A stretch of 64,000 bases of DNA from an uncultured Actinomycetota bacterium (GTDB lineage Bacteria > Actinomycetota > Actinomycetes > JAHEKZ01): the NCBI GenBank assembly GCA_963718235.1, contig CAVQYR010000002.1:64001-128000 (forward strand), read 5' to 3'. Each line of letters opens with the position of its first letter. Within the stretch, counting starts at the first letter, position 1. A program made the position numbers and the translations under genes. Below the pieces are notes generated by a model. That model was not told the DNA's origin and did no database searches. It saw only the letters and a program-made list of their open reading frames with translations. Positions 61,145 to 64,000 of this stretch are shown here, in pieces.

Positions 61145-61210
61145 AAGTTGATCTTGGACTTGATGTGCCAGGTCGACGCTTTCGACCGACATCTTCTCCA
61201 TGATCAACTT
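61145..61210. repeat. 66-bp imperfect-palindrome dispersed element, copy 3
   Basis: AAGTTGATCTTGGACTTGATG-N24-CATCTTCTCCATGATCAACTT between convergent genes. Confidence 0.9.
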
Positions 61211-63270
61211 GTGGGGGGTGATGTGGTGCGGGCGACGGCATCGACGGCGACGGCGCCATCGGGACCGGCGAGCACCGGGTTCAGCTCGAGCAGCTGCAGA
61301 TCGTGCTCCAGCAGGACGTCGCCCACCCGCGCGGCCAGCGACGCCAGCGCAGCCAGGTCGACCGGCTCGCTGCCCCGCACGCCGGTGAGCAGCGGCGCGG
61401 CCCGAAGACCCCGGAGAGCCCGCTCGACCCGACCGGGCGTGGCGGGCAGGGGGAGGACGGCGGCGTCGTCGAGCACCTCGACCCACACCCCCCCGAGCGC
61501 GATCACGAGACTGGGCACCACGCCGTCACGGTGAGCCGCCACGAGCAGCTCGACGCCGGGCTGCGACATCACCTCGACCAGCAGCGGGGTCTGCTCATGG
61601 CCGGGAATCCGTTGCAGCCGCAGGGCCGCCGCTCGCACGGCGTCGGCGTCGGTCAGGCCCAGGGCGATCGCGCCGATGTCGGTCTTGTGCTGCAGGTCGG
61701 CGTGGGTCAGCTTCAGCGCCACCGGGGTGCCCAGCCGCACCGCAGCCGCGACCGCGGTGTCGGGATCGGCGACCACCTCGCCGTGCGGCACCGCCACTCC
61801 CGCCTCGCGCAGCAGCGCCTTGGCCTCGTGCTCGGCCAGCCACCGGCCCGGCTCCCCGACGTGGCGTGCGGCAACCGCCACCCGTCGCAGCCAGGTCGGG
61901 TCGCCGAACGGGCGACACATCGCCGCCGCCACCACGAGCCCGGTCCGCAGCCCCCACACCGCGGGCAGCCCTTGCGCGTGCAGGCGGTGGATCGTCGCCT
62001 CGGGCAGCAGGTCCGGCAGGGTCGAGGAGACGACGACGCCGGTGTCGGTCCGCGCCGCGCCCTCGGCGATCCCGTCGAGGGTCGCCGCCCACGCGTCTGC
62101 GCTCGGCTCGTCCATGTCCTGCGGCTCGTCGTAGTACGCCAGCACCTGCCCGACCGCTGGGTCCTCGGCGGTCGTCGCCACGATCGAGCCGATCAGCTCG
62201 ATGTCGCCCCAGATCAGTGCGGTGTAGTCGAGCGGGTTGCCGACGGTTGCCGCGTCGGGCACGAGGTCGGTCAGCGCGTCGGCCGTCTTGGCCGCCAGGG
62301 GTGGCAGCACGATCCCCAGGCCCTCGGCGACGTCGGCACTGGTCGAAGCGTCGCCGCCGGAGCACGTGACGACGGCGACGCCGCCGACCTGTCGGCGTCC
62401 TACCGCCATGGCCTTCGCCGTCTCGAGCAGCTCGTGCGGATCGTCGACCCACGCGGCGCCTGCCTCCTCGACCAGAGCCCGCAGGACGCGTGCGTCACTC
62501 GCCACCGCGCCGGTGTGGGCCGCTGCCGACGAGGCGCCGAGCGTGCTGCGCCCTGACTTCAGCACGGCGACACCGATGCCGCGCTCGGCGCAGGCCGCGA
62601 GGGCCTCCGCCAGCCGCGGGCCGTCGCCGTCGGACTCGAGGTAGCAGGCGACCGACCGCACGCCGTCGAGCTCGGTCAGCGCGTTCAGGTAGTCGGCGGC
62701 GTCGAGGACGGCCTGGTTGCCGCACGACACGACCGTGTGCAGCCTCAGGCCCCGTCGCGTGCCGAGCGCGTTCACCGAGACGTTGCCGCTCTGCGAGACC
62801 ACGGCCACCGACCCGGCCTCGCTGAGGTGGTAGCCGTCACCCCACAGCGGCGCGCGGTTGTGCAGCGAGATCAACCCGTTGCCGTTGGGTCCGCAGACCG
62901 GGAGCTGATGGCGAAGGGCGACCTCCCGCAGCTGCGCCTGCAACGGCTTGCCGTGCGGGACCTCGCCGAACCCGGCAGCGATGACGACGGCCCCGCCGCA
63001 GCCCAGCTGCCCAGCCTCGTCGAGGATCCCCGGCACCGTTGCCGCCGGCGTGGCGATGACGAGGGCGTCGGGCACCTCGGGCAGGTCGGACAGGGACGGG
63101 AAGCACGGAACGCCGTACAGCTCGCGGCTCGTCGGGTGGACGCCGAACACCGGGCCGGGGAACTGTGCCTCGACCAGGTTGGCCACCGCCTGGTTGCCGT
63201 AGGTGCCCAGCCGGGTCGAGGCGCCGACCACGGCGACCGACCGGGGGGCGAGCAGGCGGTGCAGGTTCAT
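61204..63270 (-). CDS. ADP-forming acyl-CoA synthetase (CoA-binding + ATP-grasp fusion)
   Basis: PRSVAVVGAS, GPNGNG, SQSG, AAHTGA phospho-His, NPLD, HKTDIG, ELNP; start at ATG 63270. Confidence 0.9.
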   Translation of the reverse strand: MNLHRLLAPRSVAVVGASTRLGTYGNQAVANLVEAQFPGPVFGVHPTSRELYGVPCFPSLSDLPEVPDALVIATPAATVPGILDEAGQLGCGGAVVIAAGFGEVPHGKPLQAQLREVALRHQLPVCGPNGNGLISLHNRAPLWGDGYHLSEAGSVAVVSQSGNVSVNALGTRRGLRLHTVVSCGNQAVLDAADYLNALTELDGVRSVACYLESDGDGPRLAEALAACAERGIGVAVLKSGRSTLGASSAAAHTGAVASDARVLRALVEEAGAAWVDDPHELLETAKAMAVGRRQVGGVAVVTCSGGDASTSADVAEGLGIVLPPLAAKTADALTDLVPDAATVGNPLDYTALIWGDIELIGSIVATTAEDPAVGQVLAYYDEPQDMDEPSADAWAATLDGIAEGAARTDTGVVVSSTLPDLLPEATIHRLHAQGLPAVWGLRTGLVVAAAMCRPFGDPTWLRRVAVAARHVGEPGRWLAEHEAKALLREAGVAVPHGEVVADPDTAVAAAVRLGTPVALKLTHADLQHKTDIGAIALGLTDADAVRAAALRLQRIPGHEQTPLLVEVMSQPGVELLVAAHRDGVVPSLVIALGGVWVEVLDDAAVLPLPATPGRVERALRGLRAAPLLTGVRGSEPVDLAALASLAARVGDVLLEHDLQLLELNPVLAGPDGAVAVDAVARTTSPPTS

Positions 63271-63276
63271 GCCCTC

Positions 63277-63306
63277 ACCCTGACTGACTGGCCAGTCAGG
63301 AGTCAA
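63277..63306 (-). promoter_or_regulatory. Putative leaderless promoter overlapping candidate TetR operator site 3
   Basis: Minus strand TTGACT-N18-CAGGGT-N6-ATG; TGACTGA-CTGG-CCAGTCA at 63281-63298. Confidence 0.65.
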
Positions 63307-63661
63307 TCGACCAAGCGGTCGCAAGCTCCCCGACCCTCGCCACCTGCGTGCGGCAGTCCTCGCACACCCAGTGCGGGTCGTCGCCGAGGTCGGGGTCGAC
63401 GTGCAGCACGTGCGCGCGGTCACGCGGGCAGCGCGGCCAGCGCCCGATCACGGGAGCCAGCTGCTCCTTGAGGTCCTGGGCGATGAGGCAGGTGATGAAC
63501 GGGGCCCCGCCGGGCCACAGCTCCAGCCACAGCCGCCGCTCGTGCAGGATCGTGTCGAGGACGTCGATGCAGCGCGGCTGGTCCGACGAGGTCGCCGAGA
63601 GGTCGTGGAGCAGCCGAGCCCGCGCCTCGTTCAGGGCGTCGTCGATCTTGGCCTCCCACAT
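63296..63661 (-). CDS. Hypothetical protein with Cys/His cluster
   Basis: WPGGAPFITCLIAQD...RWPRC...H.L...HWVC..VARVGEL; fills the gap between two genes. Confidence 0.7.
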   Translation of the reverse strand: MWEAKIDDALNEARARLLHDLSATSSDQPRCIDVLDTILHERRLWLELWPGGAPFITCLIAQDLKEQLAPVIGRWPRCPRDRAHVLHVDPDLGDDPHWVCEDCRTQVARVGELATAWSIDS

Positions 63662-63821
63662 GCCACCAGTGTGTCTTGTCCGCCGCGTACACCGGGCTGC
63701 CGAGGGCTTCCGCCGCGGCTGCTGCGCTACGCGGCTTTGGGGATGACCCACACGGTGGAGGTCCCATGGACGGTGCTGGCGCTGCTGAACGCACGGCAGT
63801 GCCTGAGGCCCTGAGGCCCCG

Positions 63822-64000
63822 TCAGGAGGCGTCGAGCACCTCGTCGGCGTCGATGATCCGGTAGGCGTAGCCCTGCTCGGCCAGGAACCGCTGCCGGTGC
63901 GCGGCGAAGTCCTGGTCGACGGTGTCGCGCGACACGATCGCGTAGAACCGGGCCGACCGGCCGTCGCCCTTGGGCCGCAGAACCCGACCGAGGCGCTGCG
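63822..64000 (-). CDS. XPB/Ssl2-like DNA repair helicase (3' end)
   Basis: Manual translation QRLGRVLRPKGDGRSARFYAIVSRDTVDQDFAAHRQRFLAEQGYAYRII (helicase motif VI plus the actinobacterial XPB tail). Confidence 0.88.
   Translation of the reverse strand, partial: QRLGRVLRPKGDGRSARFYAIVSRDTVDQDFAAHRQRFLAEQGYAYRIIDADEVLDAS

Overview
High-GC actinobacterial chromosome segment, densely coding. I saw no rRNA, CRISPR array, transposase or integrase. Contents in order: carD, a PIN/TRAM gene, ispD-ispF-cysS-rlmB and tRNA-Thr(TGT); oxidative pentose-phosphate genes; an ECF42/DGPF module; a DyP-PCuAC copper locus; a TipA-like MerR; a dual-cyclase STAND protein; a frameshifted ~1,470-aa Ig-repeat surface protein; an amidinohydrolase-M20-decarboxylase operon; gpgS; a SAM-I riboswitch with thrC-like and moaD-like genes; an acsA-pdhABC-ACP operon; CIRCE-controlled groEL; an ABC exporter; a TetR-linked amine uptake/catabolism cluster; and the 3' end of an XPB helicase. 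The strongest non-obvious signals are four. (1) A His-containing membrane leader protein ends in RAPP, and its Pro-Pro-His codons are complementary to the Shine-Dalgarno of the downstream copper-chaperone gene, making it a candidate ribosome-stalling switch. (2) Three dispersed 66-bp hairpin elements share conserved internal mismatches. (3) An 18-bp palindrome links four transcription units around the TetR into one regulon. (4) gnd starts 1 nt after a tRNA. All product calls come from motif recognition by eye; no searches were run.
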